DNA from: Bigelowiella natans CCMP2755
Lineage: Eukaryota; Protista; Cercozoa
DNA length: 62,596 nt
Direction of reading: 5' to 3'
Assembly (NCBI GenBank): GCA_000320545.1
Contig: ADNK01002681.1
Coordinates: 1 to 62,596 of the forward strand
Numbering within the stretch: position 1 is the stretch's first letter; each line of letters starts with the position of its first letter. The translations under genes were made by a program, and so were the position numbers. Below the pieces are notes generated by a model. It was not told the origin of the DNA. It saw only the letters and a list, made by a program, of their open reading frames with translations, and searched no databases. Below are positions 41,591 through 55,050 of this stretch, piece after piece.

Positions 41591-42791
41591 CGCGTCGGCT
41601 CGGTCGCAAACAGAAAGAAGAAGGAACGCGTGTGAAGGATTTGCACAGTGCCGGCTCAAACCGCACAACTCAGAACTCAACGAACAAATACTTACTAATC
41701 AAAACAAAACAAACAAATATGAAGAAGAACAATTTCACGAGGAAGCACCGTAAGCCTGGCCGCGGCAAGGGGCGGGGAAGAGGAACTGGCGCTCTGATCC
41801 CCCTCGGAGGTGGAAATGGCGGAAGAGGAGCTGGTTTTCTCATTCCTCATGCAGGACGAGGAGGAGGGTTTACTGGCTTCATGAAAGTCACCCAGAGCAT
41901 TACTACAAAATCATCCGAGAAGAAAACACGCTCTCCATTCTACTGCTCATTGCTGGTGGATAAATCTGGATCGATGGCCGGGAAAAAGCTCGAGGAGGCT
42001 TTTAACGGCGTCGAGAGCCTTCTCAAGGTGCTTCGCCCGAAGGATCTTGTGACATTCAGAGCTTTCAACCACAACGTCGATACTGCATTCGTTGGTGTGA
42101 AGGCTAATAAGGTCAACGTTAAAAAGATGAGGGCGAAGACTCAGAGCGGAGGCTCAACTGCGTTGTTTGATTCAGTGAAGTCTGCTGCTGAGGATTTCAA
42201 AGCGAAGAGTACCTTCACCCCTCTCATGATACTTCTCACCGATGGAGACGACACTAGTTCGAGCTGCTCGGCTACTGACGCTCGCAATGCGCTTCTCGCA
42301 GCGGCTCGGAGACACAAAGGCTTCAGAGCTGTCTTGCTCTCTGTTGGGAATGAGGGTCTGCAGCAGTTGCGGGCAATGTCTAAAGGCATTCGTGGAGTAC
42401 GCGTTCACTCTGTTGAGCAAAGTGCGACCGGTGTCAAAAAGGCATTTCAATGGGTCAGAACACATGTGACCCAAATCATTCGGCAGGAGCAGCAGTTTGT
42501 TGCGGTTTCACAAAACGGTCACAGAATTGCCAAGTCAGCTGTGAAGAAGCTGAAATTTTTGAGCTAGATGGATGTTATCACAGGGAAATGCATGTAGAGA
42601 ACAATTTGTTGTGCAACAATGAAGACACATCACCTTCACTACTAGCTAGCTAGACTAGTTCATGATCTGAACGCGAAATTTCGCTGCGCTGCCTGCATGT
42701 ACGTACATAGATGCAAGTGTCTCCTTGTGCCCTTAGTCGTCTTGCGCGTGCTGCGATGTGGCAATGTAGCAACACATCATCTAGATTGCAT
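41591..42791 (+). repeat. About 1.2-kb duplicated segment, copy 1 (inverted relative to 56651-57843)
   Basis: Sequence from CGCGTCGGCT (41591) to CTAGATTGCAT (42791) matches the reverse complement of 56651-57843, with about 9 substitutions and two short indels. Confidence 0.95.
41719..42567 (+). CDS. Intronless 282-aa protein: basic Gly/Arg (RGG-like) N-terminus plus von Willebrand factor A domain (copy 1)
   Basis: MIDAS motif LLVDKSGSM...GGSTALFD...ILLTDGDD. N-terminus RKPGRGKGRGRG...GRGGGF. First ATG at 41719, after an A-rich leader. Confidence 0.88.
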   Translation: MKKNNFTRKHRKPGRGKGRGRGTGALIPLGGGNGGRGAGFLIPHAGRGGGFTGFMKVTQSITTKSSEKKTRSPFYCSLLVDKSGSMAGKKLEEAFNGVESLLKVLRPKDLVTFRAFNHNVDTAFVGVKANKVNVKKMRAKTQSGGSTALFDSVKSAAEDFKAKSTFTPLMILLTDGDDTSSSCSATDARNALLAAARRHKGFRAVLLSVGNEGLQQLRAMSKGIRGVRVHSVEQSATGVKKAFQWVRTHVTQIIRQEQQFVAVSQNGHRIAKSAVKKLKFLS

Positions 42792-43176
42792 CATGCACCA
42801 ACGAACATGGCTACATTAAAAAGGTCATTTATTCTAACTTGCGCAGCAACAAATTGCGAGCTTTCCGGCTGAACTAGCTGTCCATTGTAGCATTAGCAAC
42901 AACAACGAACTTCGCTGTTTTATTTCGCGCGCACAGCTCTAGAACTTGCAGCACATTGATCTTGGTACATTGCACAATGATCTAGTGACATACAGCATGT
43001 TGTCTATCTCACATGGATCTCAGAAGATCTTTGCATCTGTCGCATCGCTTGCATCAAATACATCGCTTGCAAGCGACAACAGTTCACGTAATCATGACGC
43101 AAATACAATTAATTATTACATATAGCAAGCGGACAGGCCATGTTTCGATCAATTTGCAAGCCTAGCAATCTCACCG

Positions 43177-44294
43177 TTAGACATAAGATACCGTCGTTTT
43201 GCTGGAGGCAACAGCAAAGTGTGGTTTCTTTGTTTCTCCTCCTCCCTCCTCCTCGCGCCATGCGCGTCCGTACTTTGCACAATTGGTGTCATGGAGGGCA
43301 GTACGAACGTGCTGAACAAAGCTGGGAGTGAAACCGACTCGGAACTCAGAGAATCCTTCCGGGTCAGTCCAGAGCTCCGGATAGCCTAGCCCAAAGCCAT
43401 ACCTGGTTATGTTGTTATTGCGGTTAGGGACGGACAGCAGCTTTGAAACCATCATGCTGACACGAGGAGGCTGCTGCTTACAAGTTCTCAGCGATTCTTC
43501 CGTTCTCAGGCTTATAGCGCGAGGCGTCGATCTCATTTCCGTCGTAAAGGAACACAGCGGGGGGGGAGACTACGTTGAAGCCGGTTGCGAAAACGCAAAC
43601 ATCCACTCCCTTGTTGTTGTTAAGGAGGAATCCAAAGCAGGTGCCGTAAAGCGATTAATAAATCAATTAATACACGATATCTTATGTGAAGAGAAAAGCT
43701 ATGCGAGAGAACGCAGAAGGGAGTGCTTAAGCGCATGCCACACGTATATCTACTTAATCGTAATCCCCCCCCCCCCCTCCCCCCCCTCCCTCCCCCTTGG
43801 CCTTTTGGCACTACACATACACAAAAAAATCAAAAGCCCCTGTGGCCCTCATTTTCCCTCACCATCGCTATTCTTGCTAAAAAAGCACCACCACCACAAC
43901 AAGCAGGGTCGAGCCCTTTACTGGCTTACATGCTGGTCGAGTCGCTGCTCCCAATCGACGTGCATTTCTGCTGCCTTTGTGTCGTTATGGTATATGATCT
44001 CCGGGACCTGAACGATGCTGCCCCCCCCCCCGTTGTTGGTTGGCGTGGCGTGCGAATAGCATCCTCCAAGTCCCTTCTGCCTTGCCCACTCGGCGACCTG
44101 GGAGGGGTGGTTTAATTGCGAATTCGTCGAGAATTCATCGAGCATGTTTCGGAAGTTCATGGCGCAATTGATTGATGGAGAGAACCTAGCGAGCGCACTA
44201 TCGTCGTGAATCGAGAGAGGAGAGGGGGGCGAGGAGTTTGTGTGCGAGGTAATACTACTCTTTCTACTAAAAACACCATTACTACTACTAATAG

Positions 44295-44327
<33 letters not shown>

Positions 44328-47034
44328 AACCTCCCCTTTGAGACCCGTAGCGTCAAATTTAATGTATCCATCTCTGAGTTATCATCAATGATGTATCATC
44401 GTCATTATCCTTGAGAAGTGGTGTTAGTTCAATACTACTATATCTACTCCTCCCTCGTAGTAGTTGTAGAAGTAGGAACTAGTACTGCTACTAATGCCAT
44501 GTCTGCCTGTGCATCATCTTTAATCAAACCTACTGAGAGCTGCTGCTACTACTACTCTCACGAGGCAGTAAGCAGCTTTCCATTTCGCCATTACATAGTA
44601 ACGATAAGGTGCCTTAAGCCTACCCCCGCCCCTCCCTCCCGCCCCCCCCTTCCCACTAACGACTCAATTGCCTTTGCTCAGCAAATCGCGTGGGTCGTCG
44701 TCCAAATATCTTGATTGAAGGACGAGAACTGCTGCTACTGGGACTGTATGGTAGTCCCCCCCCCCCTCCCCGTGCCTCCTCCTGTGCGATGTTGTCGCTC
44801 ACGTTTTTCGCAGCTAACACACCGCTGTGAGAGTTTCCGACGATACCCCAGCAGGCTTGAGACAAGTCTTTGTTCTCCTGAATGGAAAAGGAGTGCGCGC
44901 GCGCGGGGGGGGGGGGGCAGGGTAGGGAGGGATATCATGGACGGTGCAGATAGCTATCGGGGTTGGCACCGATCTGGGACGAAGGCAACAAGTGCGGCGA
45001 TGGTGGTGATGATTTGGAAAAACTATATGTGTAGGAAATTGAGACAAAATGAAGGCTGCTTTTATGTCTTGTTTTAGGATAAAAAATGATGACACCAACG
45101 ATGAATGATGATGGAGGTGATGATGATGTTAGGGAGAATCATCATCTTTACCACCTCGAAGAGCTTCCTGCAAGACTTAGTATCTAAGACATCGTCAAGC
45201 GGCACTATAATCCTCCTCCTCCTCCTTTTCGTCTTCCTCCCCCCTATCGTCCTCTTGCTACCCATGTCCTGATCTTCTTCCATGCCAGCTACAATGCCAT
45301 ACAATGGCGACAACAACAAAGAAGAAAAAGGGGGGGGGGAGGGGAAATTTAAGACTTTTGAATTCGCAGTCTCTTGGCCCGATTTTGACGGAATTCCAAC
45401 GTGTTTTTATGGCCGAATCAGTGTACCACATCTCGCTCTCAACCCTGATTTTTCAAACTAAAGAGAAGAGGATCAAGCAAAGACCTCCTCCTCCTCCGAC
45501 GATCCCAGGAATTGGCTTTGGCTCTCCACCTATGACGAGGGCGACTCGTTTTGCAGATACCCGCTGCAATTGCTTCTCTCCTGCAACCTGGGGATGGTGG
45601 TGACAATGCCAATGATCATGATGATGATGATGATGACGACGATAGCGACGACGACGACGACGATGATGATGATGATGATGATTATGATAAGAAGGGGGAA
45701 GAGGAAGTAGGAGGGACAGAAAGAGAAGGAGAAGCTGTAAAGACCAAAGTTGTTCATATCCTCTGCGAAAAGAATACGCTAAATCCTGACCTAAGCCTTA
45801 TCCCCCCCCCCGCCTTCCCCCACCCTTCTTCTCCTCCTCATCTTCCTCCTTCTTCTCTCCTCTCTTATTCTCAATGGCATGAAAAACCTCGACATCCCAG
45901 TGACGGCAGCACTCAGATTGACTTAGGGATATGGCCCTCCCACTAGTGTATATTGACGAGGAATGATGATGAAAATAGTTTTACACACACACACACTAAC
46001 TCACCCACTCACTCACTAGCTTTAATACAAAAACGTATTTTCACACAAATCATAGAGTCATCCAGTATACATGTGATAAAGAGCGTTTGAACACACGATA
46101 TAAAACAATGCAATGGAATGCTGCATTGAGCAATAATACCGAACAAGATCGACGTCAGGATCTTCTTGAAGCACACCAGTCATATCGCTGGGTTGTTACA
46201 TGGGAACGTTTTTGGCAAAGTGGATATGGATTTGGCTATGGCTGCGGCTAGTGATGCGTGTGTGTTTGCCTGTGTTTGTGTATATGCTATGCGCGTATAC
46301 AAAAGAATGTCGATAGATTATGCCAGTTTGATTTATTTTATCGATTACGTGAAGGCCTCCACTGCGAGATTTAAGGGATAAGTCTTTGTGGGATCCCACT
46401 GAAAAAGGGGAGAACTCACACAATGGCCAATATTGTTGTCTTTGAAATTGTGAACCGTGTGAGCGTGTAAGTGAGCACACCTTGCGGATGGTTTTCTCTC
46501 TTTTCGCAGCTCGCTTATCTTGATACTCAGCGTAACGTAACGACGAGACTCCTTCCAAAGTCTGAAGAAGAAGAAGAAGAAATCAATTGCTGTAAACATT
46601 AATTGACACCCGAATTAAACGGACAAGAAGTCAAACGAACTTGTGAGCAAGTAGAGTCATCAAACACACCTCATTTGTTCTTGCAGCGCAGGTGTTGCCA
46701 GGAACGTTGCGGTACTGCTCTCCCATCCTCCCAACAGAGAAACTCGGATCAACCCATGCGATCCTTCCTCTTCCTTGCGCCTGCATGATTCTACGCTCAT
46801 CCTCATACGTAACATAGGTTTTGATTGACTCGGACTCACCTTCACCTCGTCCAGCAGTATTCCCGAAGTAAGAATTCCTGGGGGGAGGCATCATCAGCTT
46901 AGATGAGTCATCCAACAACGAGACGAACCAAAAATTCGTGAAGAAAGGGAACCTAGTGGCCCAGCTCCCACGACAAGCCAATCGTGCAGCAGCGAGTGGG
47001 AGCTCAACAGCCGGGTCGGAAGGCGGGACGCCAT
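43177..47034 (-). CDS. Multi-exon FAD-dependent pyridine nucleotide-disulphide oxidoreductase-family protein
   Basis: Exons read DWLVVGAGPLG; IAWVDPSFSVGRMGEQYRNVPGNT; KRVALVIGGEP; IIVPLDDVLD; WGIVGNSHSGVLAAKN; IKIFGRRPTRFAE; DGYIKFDATGLKGE|VAEWAR; DVCVFATGF; YGFGLGYPELWTDPEGFSEFRVG. The motif order matches the bacterial/fungal Pyr_redox_3-like family (recalled). Confidence 0.85.
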
Positions 47035-47400
47035 TGTTCCTTCGTGAATCTTCGTGAAGTAGTCTTTTGGGGGTACCAGCACGAGCCAAAATGCTGGAAG
47101 AGACTCGTGTTTTCTACTGTCGTTTAAATAAAACCCCATGTATTTTAACCTAAATTACCTTCGGTCCGCACGAGAGAGGAAGAAAAGCATCGATTTTTTG
47201 GTTTAGTATGTACGAGTATACGTAAAAATGTAAAATGGGCAATAATGCTCGTCGCACCGTCAATATTTCAATAAACGGCCTGCGTTCTCGTAAAATTCTA
47301 TATAGTTCGCACGCTTCCCCCCCCGCTCCCGCACTTGCACTGAGGCTTCTCTACGAAAAGCTAGGCGCGTCTCAGAGCTCGCATATCTAAGTGAGCATTG

Positions 47401-49187
47401 ATGGAGGTGATTGGAGCTGAGAACGATGAGGTGGGATGAAACGTCAGAAGCTTATGGGTTGAATAGCGACAGCCTTTCGTGCAACACCCCATTGCTCGTA
47501 TTCGTTTCCGAGTGTTGATGGGAGGAGACTTCCATGTTTCTGGATCGAGATGTACTTATTAGCTCACTGAATTGATTAGAATGGAGCTCCCTCGGAGAGT
47601 GTGTCGTATAAGAGCCTCTTCACCATTGCGCTGAGGTGCGTAACCCTGTTCACATGTAGTCGACCAATTAGCCATCTACGAATAATCGGACGGCAATAAA
47701 CTGGGGAGAGGGGGGGGGCTGTGGGAAATACAGTGCATTCAGACGAAAAAATATCGATTAAGTGATAATATTAATTGATCAAATTTTGGGTATGAAATCA
47801 TAGCACCCTCATCCTTGGACTGGGTGTCGGAGCAATGCTGGTGTGGAATCAAGGGGGCGGAACTCGAGACGGATACATACCGGTCAATGCCCAGAATAAT
47901 GAAGTGTATAGCCAGCAGGCTACGCAGGACAGAGGAATTGTCACATCGGAAATGGGAGCTTTTTTCCATAAAGGTTCTCCTTATTCGCAGGATGTTTTGT
48001 GCCTGGGTTTGGTTTAGACAGCGCCGAGACTTGCACACTTCCAACCAAAAAATTATTAAGAATCTGCAATCATTCAGTGTTCTTTATCTTTCCTCCAGTT
48101 GCTGAGACAGCGCCCCCTGAGCAAAAGCCAGCCCGCTCCGAGTTTGGGTTTCGAATGATGTCATTCAATATTAGGAGGGACTTCAAGTCCGACGGTATGT
48201 TCCAAGATGATGATCAATGCATATCATAGAAATCCAAAATATACACTCACACGCACGCGCACGTACGCATGATATAGATAAAGGATATTTGTTGATTGAA
48301 TAAACCTCTTGATACCGAATATTTACAACACAGGTGTGAACCAATGGAAGCGACGAATTGGCCTGGTTGCAGGATAGATATAGAGATAGATTAGCAGTCT
48401 TGCCTCAGCGCTCTTTCCGCCTCCCTCCCCCCCAACGAAAAAAGAAGAGAGTAAATGTGGACAATTCAGATCTGCAAAAACATGATGTATATTCATGTAT
48501 ATAGTATATTGTATAATGTGTGCGTGCTACCTATTTAAGGTGCGAGAGATGCTGTCAAAGGAGGCCCCAGATATCATCGGAATGCAAGAGGTCAGTGGTG
48601 GGATGGACGATTTATGTCTGACATAAGTATGCATCATCTAGAGCGACACGTTACATAGAGGAGAAGGAGCATCATCCGTCTCGATAGTCATGTAGCGATA
48701 GATATATCACATACACCATGGTTTTATGCCCCTTTCTTGTAAATTGCAGCTTTTGCCCATCCAAATGATCGATATGAAGACTATGCTCCCAGAGTAAGGA
48801 GGAGGGGGGGGGAAGGAGGGATGACGAAACTGCTTTACACTTGATGCTGACGACGACGCCGACGACGACGATGATGATGATGATGATGATGATAATGAGA
48901 ATGATGATGTTAGCGCTTGTGGTCATTAGGAAGGAGGTGCCTTCGTCTTGATGATGATATTGAGTGACAAGTCGAACATGCAGTCATATTTCATGGAAAC
49001 ATGCCTCACTCGCCCCCTTACTTCGCCCCCCCTCCCCCTCCCTTCCCCTTTGTCTGGAAGGTATGGAGTCGTAGGTGTAGGGCGAGATGATGGAAAAGAT
49101 GAGCTTAGAACGCCTACCGAGAGTAAGATAATCTGAAATTCTAATAATAATACGGAAGGACGCATTTAATAATTATTTAGGTATAAA

Positions 49188-49241
<54 letters not shown>

Positions 49242-49964
49242 ACTAATAAATATAATTATATTAGGTGAGTGTGTCCCAGTCTTTTACCTAAAAGATAAGT
49301 TCCGAAAGCTTCATTCTGGGTCTCCTTTCCCCGCATTATTATATTTTCCTCTAAATTATGCAATATCACGTACTCCCCCCCCCTCCCCTCTCTGTCCAGA
49401 ATTTAATTCCATCTAAATAAAAACCGGATAGCATCTCCTTTATCAGCATATCGCCACACCCCCATCCTTCCCCCACCAGTCCTTTGATATTGAAAACAAC
49501 AATTCAGAGACTTCTGGCTATCACGGACTCCTGACGTCCCTGGCACAATATACCCAGGGGCAGGCTGCACGCGGGTGGGTACCATGTTTCAAACACATGC
49601 TGCACGGAGGGAGAGGGGGTGGGGGGGAGGGGGGGTATTTATAAACGAGGGAGATCCGTGGAAAAATATCTTCGTTAACATCCGAACATCATAGAATTGA
49701 TGATAGAAGCTCTTTCTTTCCTCTCTGAGGTATATAAATAATGCTTGTGAAACAGGTGACAAGCTGGGCGCTTCTCCAGCCCCTGCATGACGCTCATCTT
49801 GGCGTTGATATCTTAGCGATGTCGACGCACCTCGACCACGTATCAGAGGCAGCACGTGATCAGGGCGCCGAGGTGTTATTCACCGAGGGGGGGGGGGGGG
49901 GGGTAGTTCAGTCGTCATCACATGTGTCTCTATCATCATAATCGCCTTCATCATCACCGTCACC

Positions 49965-49998
<34 letters not shown>

Positions 49999-51192
49999 TC
50001 ACGATTATTCTCACTATCATCATAACCGCCATCGTTAGGTTATCCGACTGAATATCCGCAAGATTCTTAACGAATTCGGCTCTAAATCGAGGTAGCGGGC
50101 TCTGTTAAAGAGAAGAGTATGTGAAGAGTAGCGTGCAAGGATATGTGCAAAGTTACTCTCGATACGATGGCATTGTGGCCTCAGGGGGGAAGCATACTTC
50201 CCCCGTAACCTTCATACATTGCATCGTCGCTGCTTTGTAGATCTTGATGGCATGAAATCCTCCTGCTCATCCCTAACATCGTGGTTATGGCTGATATGTT
50301 TCGCAACGATATGTAGTAGTGAGAGGACCCCATAACGCCCTGAACGCATCTTCTCCTTCATGATCCTAGTTGAATTCCTCCTCCTCCTCCTCCTCTTGCC
50401 CCCATTCATCATCCTCCCCCCTCCCCCAGAGGTACAGCAGTAATAATCGTCGGTGACTTCAACGCGGAGCCGAACGAGGCAGCTCTCGGAACGTTCTTAA
50501 ACGATCCCACCGATGATCACAACAAGGTGCTGCGTTGCCACGAACATGTAGACACGACACATACGTTCATCTCTCAAATAACAATATCATCTTCCGCTGA
50601 TTCGAGGAAGATTGGGGTCTTGTACTTTATCTCTCCCGAAATCTCTCCTGTGTCTCGCCTACCGTTATGTGATGCTGTAATCGCCGCTTGTACGCGAACC
50701 CAGCAACCGACTTCAACTCGTCGTGCTTCTTAGCTCTCGCCCCCCCCCTGCCTCTTTCTCGCTTCCTGCCGCTGGTTAGGTGCTGTCGGACTCTCGGCTC
50801 ACCGCGCTCAAAGCGTCTGGACATGGACGTGAGGTAGTAGTGTGTGTGTGTGTGTAGGTGTTAAAAGTGTTGTGGTGCCAGTGCCGGAGAATGGTGCGTC
50901 GTGCTATCTTCGCGGATTTCATCGCCGATAGCGCAAATCTGTGGAGTTAGACTGGAGAAAGATGCTATATTAACCAAGCGAATCTTCCTCTCCCCTCCCT
51001 CTGCTTGACAAACATGCAAGTTCGGCACGTTTCCGAGTTGGAATGCGAGGTCAACGGGCAAGATCATCGACTACGTGCTCTACTCTCCTATCCCACTAAA
51101 ATGTCGCAAACGGGTAGGCTTGCTCCGACGTAGCAGCGTCCATTCTAAAAATGCACAAGTTCCCACCCCAGCCAGCCCCCAACATACTATTC

Positions 51193-51231
<39 letters not shown>

Positions 51232-51268
51232 TATAATACATCTAACATTATTTCGCATAATATCATAT

Positions 51269-51309
<41 letters not shown>

Positions 51310-51626
51310 GTAGAGCCCCGCAGCGATTGCTGCGAGAGAGTCATTTATGGGTGAGAAGAGTCGCTTCCGAAGGATCTCTAGAGAATCTCGGGAGTGTGCG
51401 CAGTACGAAATGCTGCGTGGGTCGGCTTCCTCCATGATCGCGGCGGAATACAGAGTGGTGGGATGAAGCCTCTCATGCACATCGTAATTTTTTGGGTTTG
51501 CTTCAGTGTTCAGCATTTTGGCCTTGCTTGACTGGTGTGCCCCAGCATTGTGTTTCCTACATATTACTTACTCATTTGCCCCTCTTGCTTTTCTCTCTTC
51601 TTACTTCTCTCTCTTCTTGGCTCTCT

Positions 51627-51677
<51 letters not shown>

Positions 51678-51832
51678 ATTTCCTCCCCGTTCGAACAAAC
51701 ATCATCAACGCTTGCCATTCGACGAAGTCTATTGACGACAGCGCGAGAAATAGGGACACGCAGCTCTCGGATCACAGGCCTGTGGTGGTTGATTTTCGGA
51801 TAGGCTCAAGACCTTCGGCTATGAAGTATTAG
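47401..51832 (+). CDS. Multi-exon endonuclease/exonuclease/phosphatase (EEP) family protein, PGAP2IP/YbhP-like; start codon uncertain
   Basis: FRMMSFNIRRD (~48150), PDIIGMQE, YGVVGVGRDDGK, GECVPVFY, FWLSRTPDVPG, STHLDHVSEAAR, IIVGDFNAEP, IIDYVLY, LSDHRPVVVDF...* (51832). All EEP catalytic motifs are present in order. Confidence 0.9.
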
Positions 51833-51896
51833 TAGCAACAATTCTAGCATTTCGCAGCATTAGTTAGTAGCAACAATTCTAGCGATTCGTAGCATT
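51829..51896 (+). repeat. Imperfect tandem duplication (about 35-bp unit) starting at the EEP stop codon
   Basis: TTAGTAGCAACAATTCTAGCATTTCGCAGCATTAG is followed by TTAGTAGCAACAATTCTAGCGATTCGTAGCATT. Confidence 0.8.
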
Positions 51897-52340
51897 GCAA
51901 ACGTGCAGCAGTTGCGAGGTATATGGCTGGTCGGTGCTTGCATCCATAATAATGATACGCAGTGTGGTTGATGTATTGGTTTTCGTCGCATGTCCTTGCT
52001 TTTGGTCATGCTGGTTTATGAAAAATAACGGCACATGCTCATGCTCAACATGAGTAATGAGACTGTACGTAGTATTTGCTTCAATTCCAACTTACTCTGA
52101 AATCGCGCGGTTGTCTTGTAGCAGTTGTGGATGTGCGGTGTTTGTACGTAGGTGCATGCACACATGAATGAGCAAGAGCACGCAAGCAAACCGACATGAA
52201 CTCCTGTGTCTATGCAGTCTCCGCGCATGCAATAACGCAACGCATGCGCATTCGCCGCTTCTCTCAAGTCCTCCACAACAGGCAAGGTACATGCACACTG
52301 TGAATGTATGATAGACACCACGTAATATTATATACTATAT

Positions 52341-52412
<72 letters not shown>

Positions 52413-52665
52413 ATATATAGAATTACTGTGTCTATTATGTGATGTACAATGAATGTACGACAATGTGCGCCACTTTCTGCTGTGCATGTGCGTGTGCATG
52501 CTATGTGCATCTGCTAAATATGATGCCAGCACTTGCACGTACGACATATAACATAGCCACACAACTTAAATTTAGTTCATATTATTTTCTCAACATTCAA
52601 TTAGCATCATAATCTCAAAGTGAGGAAACGTTTAATTAAAACCTCTTTCACGATGATGATGAAGA

Positions 52666-53186
52666 CTAAGATGTCAACGATGATGACTCTTCCTCTGCCG
52701 ACGGCTGTTCCTTAGTCGACGGTGCGACCCTATACTTCGCATCTATAGAATGTGCTATAAATACTAGCATGAGAACACCTGCTACAAGTTTGGCCATTAA
52801 AATTAGCTTTCCACTGTAAACACTCTCTTCTAGATCTTCGACCAAGCTTTCTTGTGTCATTTTTGTCGTTTGGGATGGACTTGACTGTTCTTTCAAGATA
52901 CTTTTGGCTGAGTCAAACATAGATCCTACACTACCAGCTCTCTCAATGTTCGAGGTCACGTTTGCCACCTAGGAGGAAGAAAATCGAGAAGATCTTTACG
53001 ATTGGAAAACGCATGCCTTGCAGCATTTGCTGCTTCGCTTCAACATCTTGAGGCTCTCTATGCGCGTGCACTCAGTACCTGTAGGGTCGACTTAGCGAGA
53101 TCCGATCCCGATTGCACATTCCTCAGAGCGAAAGCAGTCTCAGGAATGAGGGAAAGTAAATTGGAGAGAAGGATGAGGGGCGGCAT
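52666..53186 (-). CDS. Small two-exon hypothetical protein with signal peptide and one TM helix (53186-53079; 52968-52666)
   Basis: MPPLILLSNLLSLIPETAFA...STLQ|VANVTSN...LILMAKLVAGVLMLVFIAHSI; in-frame GT-AG intron. Confidence 0.55.
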
Positions 53187-53626
53187 GACTTCTGGTGTTA
53201 ATGGGGGAGACAATGTTGCCCCATTTTGAAACATTTTAGGTTTTTAGATGTTGTCGCATGTGTGGAATGAAAGATAATTATACTAATCCTCATGACGACG
53301 GCAAATATTCTTAGACAAATTATCATCCCTGGAATATCCTAGATCAAAATCACTATAATAGATATAAAATGGATCATGTTTTATGTGAGCGACAATAAAT
53401 TTAAAATATTTATTTAAATAGATCCCAGTACAGCGAGATTTCGAGGATGATCCTCCCCGCAACCGCTAGGTACCCCTCTCGAGCACGCCGCCTATTTTCC
53501 TCCTCAACGGAGATCGTCGTGTACCTAACAGACGAAGGAGGGTGTGCGAAGCTTCGATTACTTGACTCTCAGATTATTTTCCAAATTGGTTCTTGCACCC
53601 TCCCGCTCGCACCGTGTGTAGCGTAA

Positions 53627-54206
53627 ATGCTGCTTCTCAAATTACTTCATCACATATTCCTCTGCCTCACTCATCTCAGAGGTAATCGCCGGGTATGCTC
53701 GTCGTTGGATATTGTGGCGGTTGCAACTGCAGTTGCTGCACTTTTCGTAATTGCTGCTAGTGCCTGGGGAGGAGAAGACTTCTTCTACGGCTACGAGCAT
53801 CATCAGTTGGGATGGTCATGTTGTGGCTCAGCAGATGTAAAACAACAAAGAGATTCAATTCCCCCCCCCCCCTTCCCCTCTCTCCCTCAAACATTTTTTG
53901 TCGACTAAAAGAGTATATTACCGTGGGAGAAAGGCTAAAACGAATGTGATTTGAGAAATTTGTCGGGGCTACCCGTAATCTTGTGGTGTTGTGGATATAA
54001 TAGGTTCCGGAGTGGAACGAAATTGCGGAGAGATTGAAAAGCACGCACTACAAAGATAACGTATGTACTACCTTAAACAAAGACAGACAGCAACAATCGC
54101 GATGGCAATGCGATCATCCATCCCTCATGTGCGCTCATATTGATGTACTGGCGAACATGAAAATAACATCAACAGGTTTCCACATGAATGTGGGCCGACA
54201 CTAACA

Positions 54207-54257
<51 letters not shown>

Positions 54258-54831
54258 AATCCTAGGCACAAATGACGAAGCAAATAGACGCTCTCACTCA
54301 ATCCCTGGCAGGGAGAACGAAGAGAACTCTAGCAACGGTATCTGATCAACAACAACAAACATAGCTACTTAGTAGTATACGTGCACTTATCATCACATCT
54401 TGAAATGATACGATTGGTATTGTACTGAATTGCAAAAATGAGATACCGACGGTGCTACAAAGACCAATCAATGCATCTTATTCCGAGGCATTATTCGCCC
54501 CCCCCCTCCCATCACCCCATCGCAGCTGTTAGGGTCTACCGAGTACAAGGGCATGAGTTACTTGATGAGAGTTAAGCAGAAGATGGAGGAGGCACAATAT
54601 GTATGTATAGGCATGCGAGCAGCACCACCACAGCAACAAATGTCCGACCGAAGTATTTCTTGCCGTGATATCTTTGCATAATCTCCCGATTTTTAAGTCA
54701 TGATACAAAACTGCGTACGCATTGACGATTTGCTTCTTTGCTGTGCACCATACCGGCGTCATGCTGGAGAGCAGTATATGAACAAGGAGAAGAGGAAAAT
54801 AGAAGATGACCGCAAAAGTAGTTATATAACC

Positions 54832-54886
<55 letters not shown>

Positions 54887-55006
54887 AATAAAGTATACAC
54901 CATCGTTCAAATTAGCAAGAGATGACAAGATGAAGTTGTATGGCAACCTTTAGAATATTTCCAGACTACTGCTGTCAAATGCGATGTTCCTCCCTCCCTC
55001 AACGTT

Positions 55007-55050
<44 letters not shown>

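Noticed and set aside
41539-41718. N-terminal extension of vWA copy 1 to 342 aa (311 aa in copy 2)
   Set aside because: It relies on GTG starts in a eukaryote, and in copy 1 it extends outside the duplicated segment. The shared first ATG gives 282 aa.
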